A stretch of 64,000 bases of DNA, taken from sequence record MH445381.1, one strand, 5' to 3'. Shown piece by piece: positions 53,737 through 64,000 of the stretch. The position numbers and the translations under genes are program-made. Origin of the DNA: Escherichia phage P1. Each line of letters opens with the position of its first letter. Positions within the stretch are counted from its first letter, which is position 1. The notes under the pieces are model-generated. The model was not told the DNA's origin. It was given only the letters and a program-made list of their open reading frames with translations, and did not search any database.

Positions 53737-54111
53737 ATGATGACACTAAAACATTTTCTTGACCGCCCATTATGGGCGGCAGCCGCAGGCTATGACTTTA
53801 ATTATATGGATTGCATGTCTTATACTGCCAATGCATACGACCATTCGTTCAGCCTGCTGTTTAATTCTTTAAGAATATTGCCGGAAACAGAAGTTGGAGA
53901 GCTTCATTTATGGATATTGGGCTTTATCGCGGCTGGAGTTGGTATTGCCGTATGGCCTTTTATTTTCTGGCTGGTGGCTGTTGTAGTGTGGTTTAAGTGC
54001 AAGACGTACCGGAAAAAGTATTTCTTAGGTGATGGAATGACTGATATTGCCAAAATGAACATTGAAAAATGGACTAAGGAATGTGAAAAGAAATGGCGCA
54101 AAAAGAAATGA
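53737..54111 (+). CDS. membrane protein
   Basis: Hydrophobic core segment. Confidence 0.35.
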   Translation: MMTLKHFLDRPLWAAAAGYDFNYMDCMSYTANAYDHSFSLLFNSLRILPETEVGELHLWILGFIAAGVGIAVWPFIFWLVAVVVWFKCKTYRKKYFLGDGMTDIAKMNIEKWTKECEKKWRKKK

Positions 54112-54767
54112 CTACTCTAACGACAGCATACTTACAGCAATTGGTATTTTTTGCAGGCGAGGCTACTTGTCATCCTGACGCAAACTATTTATTGGAATTT
54201 GAGAGGTTAGCGTCACCCGGTATCGTTCTGGAACTGGCCCAACAGGTGCTGGCCTTGAGACAAAAAGAGCAACATGAAAGTAATACGTGTAGATTGAATT
54301 TTGAGCAGTGGCTGGAACAGCAACGCGGGAAAATCGATGTGGACTGTGGTTGTGTGTCCACTGAAACATTCATGCACTGGCTGCGGGTAGCTTACGAGGC
54401 TGGCAACTATCCGGATATTCCGGATAGTTCGGTGCCAGCGCCAGGAAAGGGCGTCACCGGTGAACGTATCCGCATTAAGCCGCATGTTTATCGCGAACTG
54501 GTTAACCGTCTCCACGATACAGCGATCAAGTGTGCTGGCACTCAGCAATTACGAGAAAGAATTAGCCGTGTTTTGGGCGACGTTATTACGCCATATCATC
54601 ATAAACAAGCCGAGAAAAGCGGTCTGGAAAGGTGTCATCTTGAGGCAGCATTAAACATTAAGCCGGGGCATACGCTAGGCATTATTGATGCACTGTTGGT
54701 TCATAAGATGGCCAGGGCTTTATTGTCGTTGGTGGACGCTGGTGATACAAGCGAGGGTGAAGTATGA
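54093..54767 (+). CDS. hypothetical protein
   Basis: 224-aa ORF. Confidence 0.35.
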   Translation: MAQKEMTTLTTAYLQQLVFFAGEATCHPDANYLLEFERLASPGIVLELAQQVLALRQKEQHESNTCRLNFEQWLEQQRGKIDVDCGCVSTETFMHWLRVAYEAGNYPDIPDSSVPAPGKGVTGERIRIKPHVYRELVNRLHDTAIKCAGTQQLRERISRVLGDVITPYHHKQAEKSGLERCHLEAALNIKPGHTLGIIDALLVHKMARALLSLVDAGDTSEGEV

Positions 54768-55126
54768 GAGTTGCAGATCACATCAAACACCTTGAAAGAA
54801 TTATCGAAAACGGTGAACTCTTAAGAGATCAGATGAGACGCACGGCAGAAGCCAGGGAGGCGATAATCCGCAGTCAGGCTGGTAAATTAAAGCAATTGTC
54901 AGAGATTAACACGCTATACAAGAACAGACGTAACCGGGCGGTGATGCGGCTTCAGAAAGCACGTAATGAAATTAAATTGGTGGAGGCAAAACTGAAAAAA
55001 CAGATCCAGCGTTACGATCAGCAAGATGCTTTTTATGCCGCCATCAAGGCGGCTGCTAATGAAATAGGCATCTGGAAGTTGCTGGTGGAGAAAGCAAAGA
55101 CGAAGTTAAATGCCAACGAAAGCTGA
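54764..55126 (+). CDS. coiled-coil protein
   Basis: 120-aa ORF, last gene of the rightward operon. Confidence 0.35.
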   Translation: MRVADHIKHLERIIENGELLRDQMRRTAEAREAIIRSQAGKLKQLSEINTLYKNRRNRAVMRLQKARNEIKLVEAKLKKQIQRYDQQDAFYAAIKAAANEIGIWKLLVEKAKTKLNANES

Positions 55127-55201
55127 ACTACAGGTGCCCACCAGCACATACAGAAAATGATTGTTTCCACATCAAGGAGATTTTAATGTTTCACTGAAAC
55201 A

Positions 55202-55339
55202 TTAAGTAAGCCAGTGCATAATTCCATTTTTTACTGACCTTAAAAGCAAAATCAAAACGATGATGAGGATAATAGCCAGAATCTGGCTAATAATAGGCGC
55301 ATCTAAAAATGCACTCAGGAACTGAAAAAAAGCGTTCAT
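55202..55339 (-). CDS. 45-aa hydrophobic peptide (candidate small membrane protein or type I toxin)
   Basis: Manual translation MNAFFQFLSAFLDAPIISQILAIILIIVLILLLRSVKNGIMHWLT; AGGA upstream; below ORF-track cutoff. Confidence 0.3.
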   Translation of the reverse strand: MNAFFQFLSAFLDAPIISQILAIILIIVLILLLRSVKNGIMHWLT

Positions 55340-55381
55340 TCAGGTGGTTCCTTGTCAAATGTAAAGGTGCACTTGCTCACG

Positions 55382-55410
55382 TTGACGTAGAAACCCAACC
55401 CCTATATAGT
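55382..55410 (+). promoter_or_regulatory. sigma70-like promoter in a non-coding region
   Basis: TTGACG-N17-TATAGT. Confidence 0.4.
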
Positions 55411-56201
55411 TGGATTCGGTGAATGAAAGTCGTTAACGTGAGCTTACGGCACATGTTTTCGGAAAAACATCAGGGAACGGCTAATTCCTTGATGCGGGTG
55501 GGGTCTGTAATGCAGACCCTATCTATTAACGTCATGATTGCATCTCAAATTTTCTCCTTATCTTCAATTAATCTACATTCATTTCATCTGTTAGCCACCA
55601 CAATATGTAGAAAATGGCCCTCTTGCAAGTGCATAACTTTGTGGATAACTCAGGAAGGAAAAAGTGGCTTTCGCGCACCTTCGGTCAGACAAGGTGTCCG
55701 GGAAAGTCAACGCAAAGAAAAAAATTGTTAAAAATAACGTTTGTTGGAATTGTATATTTTTATCCCCTTCAATGGTTAGCATTCTATTAACATCTTTTTT
55801 TAGAGACAGAAAAACATATCGTAACAACATATATACAGTGTTAAGCGGCGAGTATTATCCTGCGGTGGGAATTCTGGGCGCTGTTAGATTCGACTTTCTC
55901 AGCAGGATTACATCGTCAACTTGCGACGTTGCCGTATGACTTTCGTGTAATAGGTGACAATGATGCGGCTAGTGAGTTACTTGTGAAGTTTTTCGGAAAA
56001 GGTTTTGTGGCCTCGGATCTTGATGAGCTACAGCAACATGAAGTGTCTAATTTGATTTTTAGCCATAGCCAATAAGCCTCCCTCCTCCATCAAGGCCACA
56101 ATTTGTGACCTTAAACAATTTGTTTTCTGCTTTTTCTTATTTGAGAAAATAACGTTGTTGACAGCTAATAGGCTCGTTGTTGTTATACATGCCTGTATAG
56201 A

Positions 56202-56558
56202 TTATGACCGTAAATTATTAGCGGATTTTAAGCCATATTCACCGTTGTAGAAATTACTCATGTTCCATTCATTAGGAAGTTCTTTTCTGTCCAATGTATA
56301 GTGGCGCACGATATAACGATCTTCATCTTCTTCGATGGACAGGCGGACATAGCCAATGTGAATCACCGATACGGGCGGTGTTCGTATTGCATAGATGTCG
56401 CGGAGATATACCGGCAGCTCGACAAATGCATCAGGTGCATCTGTGATGCTCGTTTTTTCACAGTATTCATATAACGCATCGTTGATATCGTTAAGAGATT
56501 CATGATCGTATATTTCCAGGTAATTACCGCGATCGCGATGGTACTCGATTTTAGCCAT
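56202..56558 (-). CDS. hypothetical protein
   Basis: 118-aa ORF. Confidence 0.4.
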   Translation of the reverse strand: MAKIEYHRDRGNYLEIYDHESLNDINDALYEYCEKTSITDAPDAFVELPVYLRDIYAIRTPPVSVIHIGYVRLSIEEDEDRYIVRHYTLDRKELPNEWNMSNFYNGEYGLKSANNLRS

Positions 56559-57143
56559 TCAAAATCCCCTGTTATCGTTTTGCATTTCTCTAATCCGGTT
56601 CAGAACTACTTCATGCTGGACTTGGATAGCGGCTTTTTCGTTTTCAAGCCGGGCAATAGACATCTCTAATTCTTTGCTGTACCAGGCGAGCTGGGCCAGG
56701 TTCATCCGGTTGTGGTCGAGAGTTGGAGACACTTCGACGCGATCCCTTTCTTCCTGCTTTAATGAGAAGAGATTTATCTCATCCCTTGAGGAAAATTCAG
56801 CAACAATTTCTTGTTGATGATCCGGTCGCTGCGGCATCCTCGCCAGTATAAATGGCGGTTCTTTTGAAAACATGAATGTCGGTTCAGACCGTGTTTTTAC
56901 CCAGCTTGCCTGCTGTCTTTCGGCAAGTTCACAGGCTTCATCATAGTTATCTGCCAAACAAAGCACGGATGGACGGTCCCACGCCCCACCATTCAGACAA
57001 TAAACTACAATTTTCCCGTCAGGTTGTGTAACCCCATATGGATGGTCCCACCAGGCGTCCAGCTGAGCTTTAGAGCGTTTCTCGTTAGGAGTGCAGTCAA
57101 AATTTTTGGGCAATACAGGATCGAGAGGAATGCGGGCAGGCAT
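56559..57143 (-). CDS. hypothetical protein, divergent from humD
   Basis: 194-aa ORF. Confidence 0.4.
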   Translation of the reverse strand: MPARIPLDPVLPKNFDCTPNEKRSKAQLDAWWDHPYGVTQPDGKIVVYCLNGGAWDRPSVLCLADNYDEACELAERQQASWVKTRSEPTFMFSKEPPFILARMPQRPDHQQEIVAEFSSRDEINLFSLKQEERDRVEVSPTLDHNRMNLAQLAWYSKELEMSIARLENEKAAIQVQHEVVLNRIREMQNDNRGF

Positions 57144-57280
57144 AGCTAATTCCTTATTAACTGATTGGCAACGAGGTTACGCTGATCCGTTGGTGATGAA
57201 TAGTAGCAAAGAGCACAAAATCATCAGCGGTGGTTGATGTACGTAACGCGTTTGCACCAAAGGTGTCTCTTTAATGTATA

Positions 57281-57296
57281 CTGTATAAATGAACAG
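57281..57296 (+). promoter_or_regulatory. LexA box
   Basis: CTGTATAAATGAACAG (CTGT-N8-ACAG), 22 nt upstream of humD. Confidence 0.75.
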
Positions 57297-57317
57297 TATT
57301 ATTGAGGTGAAAACGCT

Positions 57318-57707
57318 ATGGGCTTCCCTTCTCCTGCGGCGGATTATGTTGAAAGCCGAATTTCTCTTGATCAGCAACTAATCAGGCATCCATCAGCAAC
57401 CTACTTCATGCGGGCAGCTGATAGCCATCACCGTGAGGGAATATTGCAGGGTGCTTTGCTGGTGGTTGATTCCTCGCTTACTCCGGTTGATGGTTCTCTG
57501 CTTGTGTGCGCTATGGAGGGTGAATATCGCATAAAGAGATACAGGAAGTATCCGCGCCAGCACCTGGAGGATTTAAGCACCGGGAAGAAAGAGGCGTTAC
57601 CAGTAGATGACGATGGATACACGGGCAGTAATGCTGTTTTTGGTGTGATCACTCATGTCATCAATGATGCCAGAAGTGGGGAGTTTGATGATTGTCCGGT
57701 TATTTAA
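57318..57707 (+). CDS. humD: UmuD'-like protein
   Basis: 129 aa; LexA/UmuD peptidase-type C-terminal domain. Confidence 0.8.
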   Translation: MGFPSPAADYVESRISLDQQLIRHPSATYFMRAADSHHREGILQGALLVVDSSLTPVDGSLLVCAMEGEYRIKRYRKYPRQHLEDLSTGKKEALPVDDDGYTGSNAVFGVITHVINDARSGEFDDCPVI

Positions 57708-57773
57708 GCTGCAAAGGGCTGGTGCTTTATGCCTGTGAAGTTTATAATTGTGTACACATAACGAGTACACGAG

Positions 57774-58001
57774 GTGTTTATGCAATCCATTAACTTCCGT
57801 ACCGCGCGTGGCAACCTTTCTGAAGTGCTCAACAATGTTGAAGCCGGGGAAGAGGTTGAAATCACCCGCAGAGGCCGTGAGCCAGCAGTAATTGTCAGCA
57901 AGGCTACTTTCGAAGCCTACAAAAAAGCGGCGCTGGATGCTGAATTTGCATCCCTGTTTGACACCCTGGACTCCACCAACAAGGAACTGGTTAACCGATA
58001 A
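57774..58001 (+). CDS. phd: Phd antitoxin
   Basis: 73 aa, [39 protein letters not shown]. Confidence 0.9.
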
Positions 58002-58381
58002 TGAGGCATATATCACCGGAAGAACTTATTGCGCTTCATGATGCGAATATAAGCCGCTACGGCGGCCTGCCGGGAATGTCTGATCCGGGTAGGGCAGAGG
58101 CCATTATCGGGAGAGTTCAGGCCAGAGTTGCCTACGAAGAGATCACCGACCTTTTCGAAGTCTCTGCCACCTACCTGGTGGCTACAGCGAGAGGGCATAT
58201 ATTCAATGATGCCAATAAGCGTACCGCGCTAAACAGTGCGCTGCTATTTCTACGCCGTAACGGGGTGCAGGTATTTGATTCACCTGAACTGGCAGACCTT
58301 ACCGTAGGCGCTGCGACTGGCGAGATATCTGTATCTTCTGTCGCCGACACGTTACGTAGATTGTATGGTTCTGCGGAGTAG
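58001..58381 (+). CDS. doc: Doc toxin (Fic-fold kinase)
   Basis: 126 aa; overlaps phd stop; [11 protein letters not shown] motif. Confidence 0.9.
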
Positions 58382-58565
58382 ATTAATGGCACGCAAATAC
58401 AACAAGTTGTCCCGTGAAGCGTTAAAGATGCTTCTTGATGGCGTGAGTCGCCGCAAGGTAAAGCAATACCTGGTTGGTAAGCAAATTGGTGCCAGGACAG
58501 CTATTGCTGTGTTATGCCGTCAGGAAATGGTTGTGCTTAAACAGAGAATGCCGGGCAGCAGATAA
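58365..58565 (+). CDS. small protein downstream of doc
   Basis: 66-aa ORF. Confidence 0.35.
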
Positions 58566-58592
58566 AGCCCAATCAGTGATTAAAGGTGTGAT

Positions 58593-59636
58593 GTGAAAGC
58601 CGTAATTACTCCATTTGTACAGAAAGAGCTTGGCCTCGCCACGTTCAAAGTGGATCAGGAGGTCAGAAAGCTGGTGGAGGCTGGCCGTAAATTTATTATG
58701 GAGCCGGTGCCGCGTGAGTTAATCGAGCACATGGAAGACGGCCTCGTTGTTACCGAGCAAACCATGGCAACAAATGAGGCGTTGCAGCCGTTTTTTAACA
58801 GCGATGAACTGTTTCGCCGTATTGGTGGAATTGACGCGCTGGTGGCGTGGTTGCGTAGGAAAGAGGGTCAATGCCAGGCCGCAGATCGTAGTTGGTGTGA
58901 CAACCATATTGTCCACGCTGAACGAGACAATAGCGCGGTGTTGTTGTGCTGGCATCACGATAACCATTACCGGATGCGTGGTTTTAATGAGCTGAAAGAA
59001 ACGCTGCACAATAATCGCGTTAACTGGATACTGGATGTCGCCCGTCAGGAAATGGGCCTTTCAAATAGCCATGATTTAAGTATTCAGGAGCTGTGCTGGT
59101 GGGCTTTCATGCGCAACATGATGCACCTGATGCCGGAAGAAGTCTGCCGCATATCAATAAATAAGATGAAGGCTACTCCGCAGGATAGCGGACCTCTGAA
59201 AGAGGCGGATATTCGCCCGTATGACGATCGCGCTACAGCATATGTTCAGATGATGGAAGAACGCGCCGCGCCGATGCGTGCAAAAGTATGCCCTGTGGAT
59301 GTTGACTCCGACCCTGGCATGGCGCATTTCAAAATACCAAAACTGCAATCGCTAAAATTACCTGAGTACATGGACTTTGTTGCTTCCCGTCCATGCTGTG
59401 GGTGTGGAGCTGCGGGAGCTGGCGCTCACATTACGCCTTATATCGTTCGTCATAGTCGATTATGCGCGCATGACATTTACGCAATTCCTCTGTGCCAGTC
59501 ATGCCAGCGTGATATTGAGCGTGACCGCGATAATTGGGAGAAGACGCACGGTAGGTTGGCGATGCATCAACGATTGTTCTTTGATTACGCGCTTGGAGTG
59601 GGCGTTATCACAAGTCATTCGTCGAGTGTTAGATAA
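58593..59636 (+). CDS. hypothetical protein downstream of doc
   Basis: 347-aa Cys/His-containing ORF. Confidence 0.4.
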   Translation: MKAVITPFVQKELGLATFKVDQEVRKLVEAGRKFIMEPVPRELIEHMEDGLVVTEQTMATNEALQPFFNSDELFRRIGGIDALVAWLRRKEGQCQAADRSWCDNHIVHAERDNSAVLLCWHHDNHYRMRGFNELKETLHNNRVNWILDVARQEMGLSNSHDLSIQELCWWAFMRNMMHLMPEEVCRISINKMKATPQDSGPLKEADIRPYDDRATAYVQMMEERAAPMRAKVCPVDVDSDPGMAHFKIPKLQSLKLPEYMDFVASRPCCGCGAAGAGAHITPYIVRHSRLCAHDIYAIPLCQSCQRDIERDRDNWEKTHGRLAMHQRLFFDYALGVGVITSHSSSVR

Positions 59637-59637
59637 A

Positions 59638-59654
59638 ATTGCTCTAATGTATTG
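59638..59654 (+). promoter_or_regulatory. C1 operator-like site upstream of lpa (Op68-like)
   Basis: ATTGCTCTAATGTATTG, 14/17. Confidence 0.5.
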
Positions 59655-59724
59655 CTATTTCTTTAATCGAGGGTATTATATTCCACGTTGATTAGTTGAC
59701 ATGGGCTAATCAGTAGGTGACAGG

Positions 59725-60177
59725 ATGTTACTTAACTGGCAGGGACGCCACTTCATGGAAATAAATCACTCACGAATAACATCGTACGAGATTGCGGATT
59801 ACATGATCCGCACTAAATCTCTTCTATCAGCGAAAGAACTCGCAGCAATTCTTGAAAAGGAATACCCGCATCTGGATGTCGATAAGCGCGATGTTTATCT
59901 GCGCTTAAAGGCTATCGCTGTGTCTAAGTATTCGTCTGTTTTGATAGATGACAGTACACGCCCACGTAGATTTCAGATCCACTCTCTGAATCCTGAATTC
60001 TTTCGCCGTAGCCGCGCTCCGCGCCGGTTTGATGAAAAACTCCAGAACGAACTCTATATGACGCAGGACGAAAAGGAACGCCGGGAGCACCAGCCTTGGG
60101 TAATGGCGCGTCAACTTTTCAATAAGGTGGCCCGTCAGCACCGTCATTACGGTAATGCCACATCCGCACGTATCTGA
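59725..60177 (+). CDS. lpa: late promoter activator (Lpa-like by position and size)
   Basis: 150-aa ORF immediately upstream of pacA. Confidence 0.5.
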   Translation: MLLNWQGRHFMEINHSRITSYEIADYMIRTKSLLSAKELAAILEKEYPHLDVDKRDVYLRLKAIAVSKYSSVLIDDSTRPRRFQIHSLNPEFFRRSRAPRRFDEKLQNELYMTQDEKERREHQPWVMARQLFNKVARQHRHYGNATSARI

Positions 60178-60262
60178 TTGATTGCTTGCCCGTTCCGGGC
60201 CTTTTGACATGTGACTTTCGTTACCCTCGCGTCAAAAAGAGTTTTTACGAAAGGAAGCATAA

Positions 60263-61456
60263 GTGACCTGGGACGATCACAAGAAGAATTTTGCTCGCCT
60301 GGCGCGAGATGGTGGTTACACCATCGCACAGTATGCCGCCGAGTTTAATCTTAACCCTAATACCGCACGTCGTTATCTCCGTGCCTTCAAAGAAGACACC
60401 AGGACTACGGACAGCCGCAAGCCAAATAAGCCAGTCAGGAAGCCACTAAAAAGCATGATCATTGATCACTCTAATGATCAACATGCAGGTGATCACATTT
60501 CGGCTGAAATAGCGGAAAAACAAAGAGTTAATGCCGTTGTCAGTGCCGCAGTCGAGAATGCGAAGCGCCAAAATAAGCGCATAAATGATCGTTCAGATGA
60601 TCATGACGTGATCACCCGCGCCCACCGGACCTTACGTGATCGCCTGGAACGCGACACCCTGGATGATGATGGTGAACGCTTTGAATTCGAAGCTGGCGAT
60701 TACCTGATAGATAACGTTGAAGCGCGGAAGGCCGCGCGCGCTATGTTGCGTCGGTCCGGGGCCGATGTTCTGGAAACCACTCTTCTGGAAAAGTCTCTTT
60801 CTCATCTCCTTATGCTGGAGAACGCCAGGGATACGTGTATTCGCCTAGTGCAGGAAATGCGCGATCAGCAAAAAGACGATGATGAAGGTACTCCGCCTGA
60901 ATACCGTATCGCGAGCATGCTAAACAGCTGTTCCGCGCAGATAAGCAGCCTGATCAACACCATTTACAGCATCCGGAATAACTATCGAAAAGAAAGCCGG
61001 GAGGCGGAAAAGCACGCTTTATCTATGGGGCAAGCTGGCATTGTTAAGCTGGCATACGAACGAAAGCGTGAAAATAACTGGTCAGTGCTGGAAGCGGCTG
61101 AATTCATCGAGGCGCATGGAGGAAAAGTGCCTCCCCTGATGCTGGAGCAAATCAAAGCCGATCTGCGTGCTCCTAAGACCAATACCGATGATGAGGAAAA
61201 CCAAACAGCATCTGGCGCTCCATCACTTGAAGATCTGGATAAAATCGCGCGAGAACGGGCCGCCAGCCGCCGCGCTGATGCCGCATTGTGGATTGAGCAT
61301 CGTAGAGAAGAAATTGCCGATATCGTCGATACAGGTGGTTATGGTGATGTCGATGCGGAAGGCATATCAAACGAAGCATGGCTTGAACAGGATCTGGACG
61401 AAGACGAGGAGGAAGACGAAGAAGTTACCCGCAAACTGTACGGGGATGATGATTAA
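60263..61456 (+). CDS. pacA: terminase small (pac-recognition) subunit
   Basis: 397 aa; contains the pac hexamer cluster. Confidence 0.8.
60465..60616 (+). other. pac packaging site
   Basis: Four TGATCA/G-type elements (60466-60520) and three more (60589-60615), the 4+3 pattern of P1 pac. Confidence 0.75.
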
Positions 61457-62940
61457 TGGCCAGAAGTTGCGTAACGGACCCACGTTGGCGCGAGCTTGTG
61501 GCGCTATATCGTTATGACTGGATTGCGGCCGCTGATGTGTTGTTTGGGAAGACACCAACCTGGCAGCAGGATGAGATCATTGAGTCCACGCAGCAGGACG
61601 GCAGTTGGACAAGTGTGACCTCCGGCCATGGTACTGGTAAATCGGATATGACGAGTATCATTGCAATACTCTTCATCATGTTTTTCCCCGGCGCTCGCGT
61701 CATTCTGGTCGCTAACAAAAGACAGCAAGTCCTTGATGGTATTTTCAAATACATAAAGAGCAATTGGGCTACTGCTGTTAGCAGATTCCCGTGGTTGTCA
61801 AAGTATTTCATTCTTACAGAAACGTCTTTTTTTGAGGTGACTGGCAAGGGTGTTTGGACAATATTGATAAAGTCCTGTCGCCCCGGGAATGAGGAGGCGT
61901 TGGCTGGTGAACACGCCGATCATCTCTTGTATATCATCGACGAAGCGTCGGGTGTGAGTGATAAAGCATTCAGTGTGATAACAGGTGCGCTGACCGGTAA
62001 GGATAACCGTATTCTGCTTCTTTCCCAGCCTACGCGACCTTCAGGCTATTTCTACGATTCACACCACAGACTAGCTATTCGCCCGGGAAATCCTGATGGA
62101 TTGTTTACTGCGATAATACTGAATAGTGAAGAATCTCCGCTTGTAGATGCAAAATTTATACGAGCAAAACTTGCGGAGTATGGCGGTCGTGATAACCCCA
62201 TGTACATGATCAAAGTACGTGGTGAATTTCCCAAATCTCAAGATGGCTTTCTTCTTGGTCGTGATGAGGTTGAGCGGGCGACGCGGCGAAAGGTCAAGAT
62301 TGCCAAAGGATGGGGCTGGGTTGCATGTGTTGACGTTGCTGGTGGCACAGGACGAGATAAGTCCGTTATTAATATCATGATGGTGTCCGGCCAGCGAAAT
62401 AAACGCCGTGTAATCAACTATCGTATGCTGGAATACACAGACGTTACAGAAACGCAGTTAGCCGCCAAGATTTTCGCAGAATGTAACCCAGAACGGTTCC
62501 CGAACATAACCATAGCTATTGATGGCGATGGCTTGGGGAAATCGACGGCTGATCTAATGTACGAACGCTATGGCATTACCGTCCAGCGTATCCGCTGGGG
62601 TAAAAAGATGCACAGCCGTGAAGATAAAAGCCTTTATTTCGATATGCGCGCTTTCGCGAATATTCAGGCGGCAGAAGCTGTAAAATCAGGGCGTATGAGG
62701 CTTGATAAGGGGGCTGCGACTATAGAGGAAGCATCAAAGATACCGGTAGGGATAAATTCCGCAGGTCAATGGAAGGTGATGTCAAAGGAAGATATGAAGA
62801 AAAAACTCAACCTGCACTCACCGGACCATTGGGATACATATTGTTTCGCTATGTTGGCGAACTATGTTCCCCAGGATGAAGTGCTTAGCGTCGAAGACGA
62901 AGCGCAGGTTGATGAAGCTCTGGCATGGCTTAATGAATAA
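61456..62940 (+). CDS. pacB: terminase large subunit
   Basis: 494 aa; Walker A-like GHGTGKS. Confidence 0.85.
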
Positions 62941-62964
62941 CTCATTAACCATGCCGGATAGAAA

Positions 62965-63816
62965 CTATTGCGCGCTTTCGGGGTTGTCGTTTACTGGCTG
63001 CCCCTTCTTAGTTTTACGGCTGCGCGTAACTGATGCGGCTGATTTGACCTTTTTCTCTTCGCGAGTGATGGCAATTTGTTTTTTTACATTTTCAATATCT
63101 GCCAGGCGATATATTTTTGCCTGCGGCCAGCGGTCGCAGATGATCGGTTCTATAGAGTCATAAAGGCTAAATTTTGCTTTCTCGAATTCACCGTTGATGA
63201 TGATTCCATCACGGAGAGTTTCATCGCAGATAAACACACCACACAGCGGCACATGGTAACTAACTGATTTACCATCATTGTAGTTAGGGCTACTGGAAAT
63301 GTAATGGACGCGCAGCATTGTTTCGCTAAAGCCGTGTACACGCATACGGAATTTTTCATCCTCCGGGTACTGCTTCATTAGCTCTTTTGTTGCTTCCAGG
63401 TTCTCTATGTATTTCGCACTGTGCTCATTGATCCCCGCGCTTTTCTGGATGCGAATGTCCTTATCAATCAGATGAATAATGCGGCCAGCGGTCATGTTGA
63501 CGCTGTTCACAGCTTCTGTCTGATAAGTTGTAACCTTACGCACACCGCGAAGGATGTTAGGCACTGGATATAAAATAGTCTTTGGGATATTGAGGTCTGG
63601 GTACTGTTCCAGTTCTCGCGCCATTAAAGTCCATTTATCAATTTCAGCCTGAATGCTGTCCGTTTCTTTGAACGGCAGAACGACAACCGGGCGTACAGGA
63701 CGACCGTCGCTGGCGGCATCAACGTGTTGGGCGCGTGCAACAGCTTTTTTTAGAAAGAGATCCCTGAAGCTGACGAACTCCTGGTACAGTTGTTCGCCGT
63801 AGACATAATTTATCAT
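62965..63816 (-). CDS. c1: C1 immunity repressor
   Basis: 283 aa, MINYVYGEQLYQEFVSFRDLF; operator-like site upstream. Confidence 0.8.
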   Translation of the reverse strand: MINYVYGEQLYQEFVSFRDLFLKKAVARAQHVDAASDGRPVRPVVVLPFKETDSIQAEIDKWTLMARELEQYPDLNIPKTILYPVPNILRGVRKVTTYQTEAVNSVNMTAGRIIHLIDKDIRIQKSAGINEHSAKYIENLEATKELMKQYPEDEKFRMRVHGFSETMLRVHYISSSPNYNDGKSVSYHVPLCGVFICDETLRDGIIINGEFEKAKFSLYDSIEPIICDRWPQAKIYRLADIENVKKQIAITREEKKVKSAASVTRSRKTKKGQPVNDNPESAQ

Positions 63817-63910
63817 TGATCCTCCTCCAGAATTGACATGGCCAACAACTCACAGCGGATTACACTGGGAGTTGTTGGCCACCATTATAGAAGGATCCAA
63901 CGAAAATAAT

Positions 63911-63927
63911 AGATTTATTAGTGCATT
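63911..63927 (-). promoter_or_regulatory. C1 operator-like site upstream of c1 (Op99-like)
   Basis: Reverse complement AATGCACTAATAAATCT, 14/17. Confidence 0.55.
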
Positions 63928-64000
63928 TATTGTGAGTCTGGCTGGTTAGTGGCCATGAGATATTCGATTGTGTCAGTGAGATCATCCAGGTCGTCTTGGG

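Overview
This window reads as a contiguous stretch of a P1-family phage-plasmid (temperate myovirus that replicates as a plasmid) carrying a non-P1 replicon and a few apparent cargo insertions. P1-like gene order and protein sizes run from the tail-fibre gene S (truncated at the window start) through the baseplate/Sit injection module, c4-icd-ant immunity region, kilA-repL, sheath and capsid genes, parS-parB-parA, an iteron replicon, hrdC, dmt, three tRNAs, ban, a second tail/baseplate block, a long early-gene operon, humD, phd-doc, lpa, pacA-pacB and c1. No integrase or IS element was seen. Gene names are from memory of the P1 map plus motif reading, not from a database search. Points that look non-canonical: an iteron-type Rep with a GATC/DnaA-box origin, a T5orf172/GIY-YIG-like gene between rep and par, a hok/gef-family type I toxin with overlapping mok frame, a lipoprotein plus secreted coiled-coil pair where sim would sit, a repeat-rich non-coding block with a tRNA-like element beside the tRNAs, a putative glycosyl/phosphatase cassette, and a 45-aa hydrophobic ORF in a ~1 kb non-coding stretch. 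About 17-bp C1-operator-like sites are scattered across the window.
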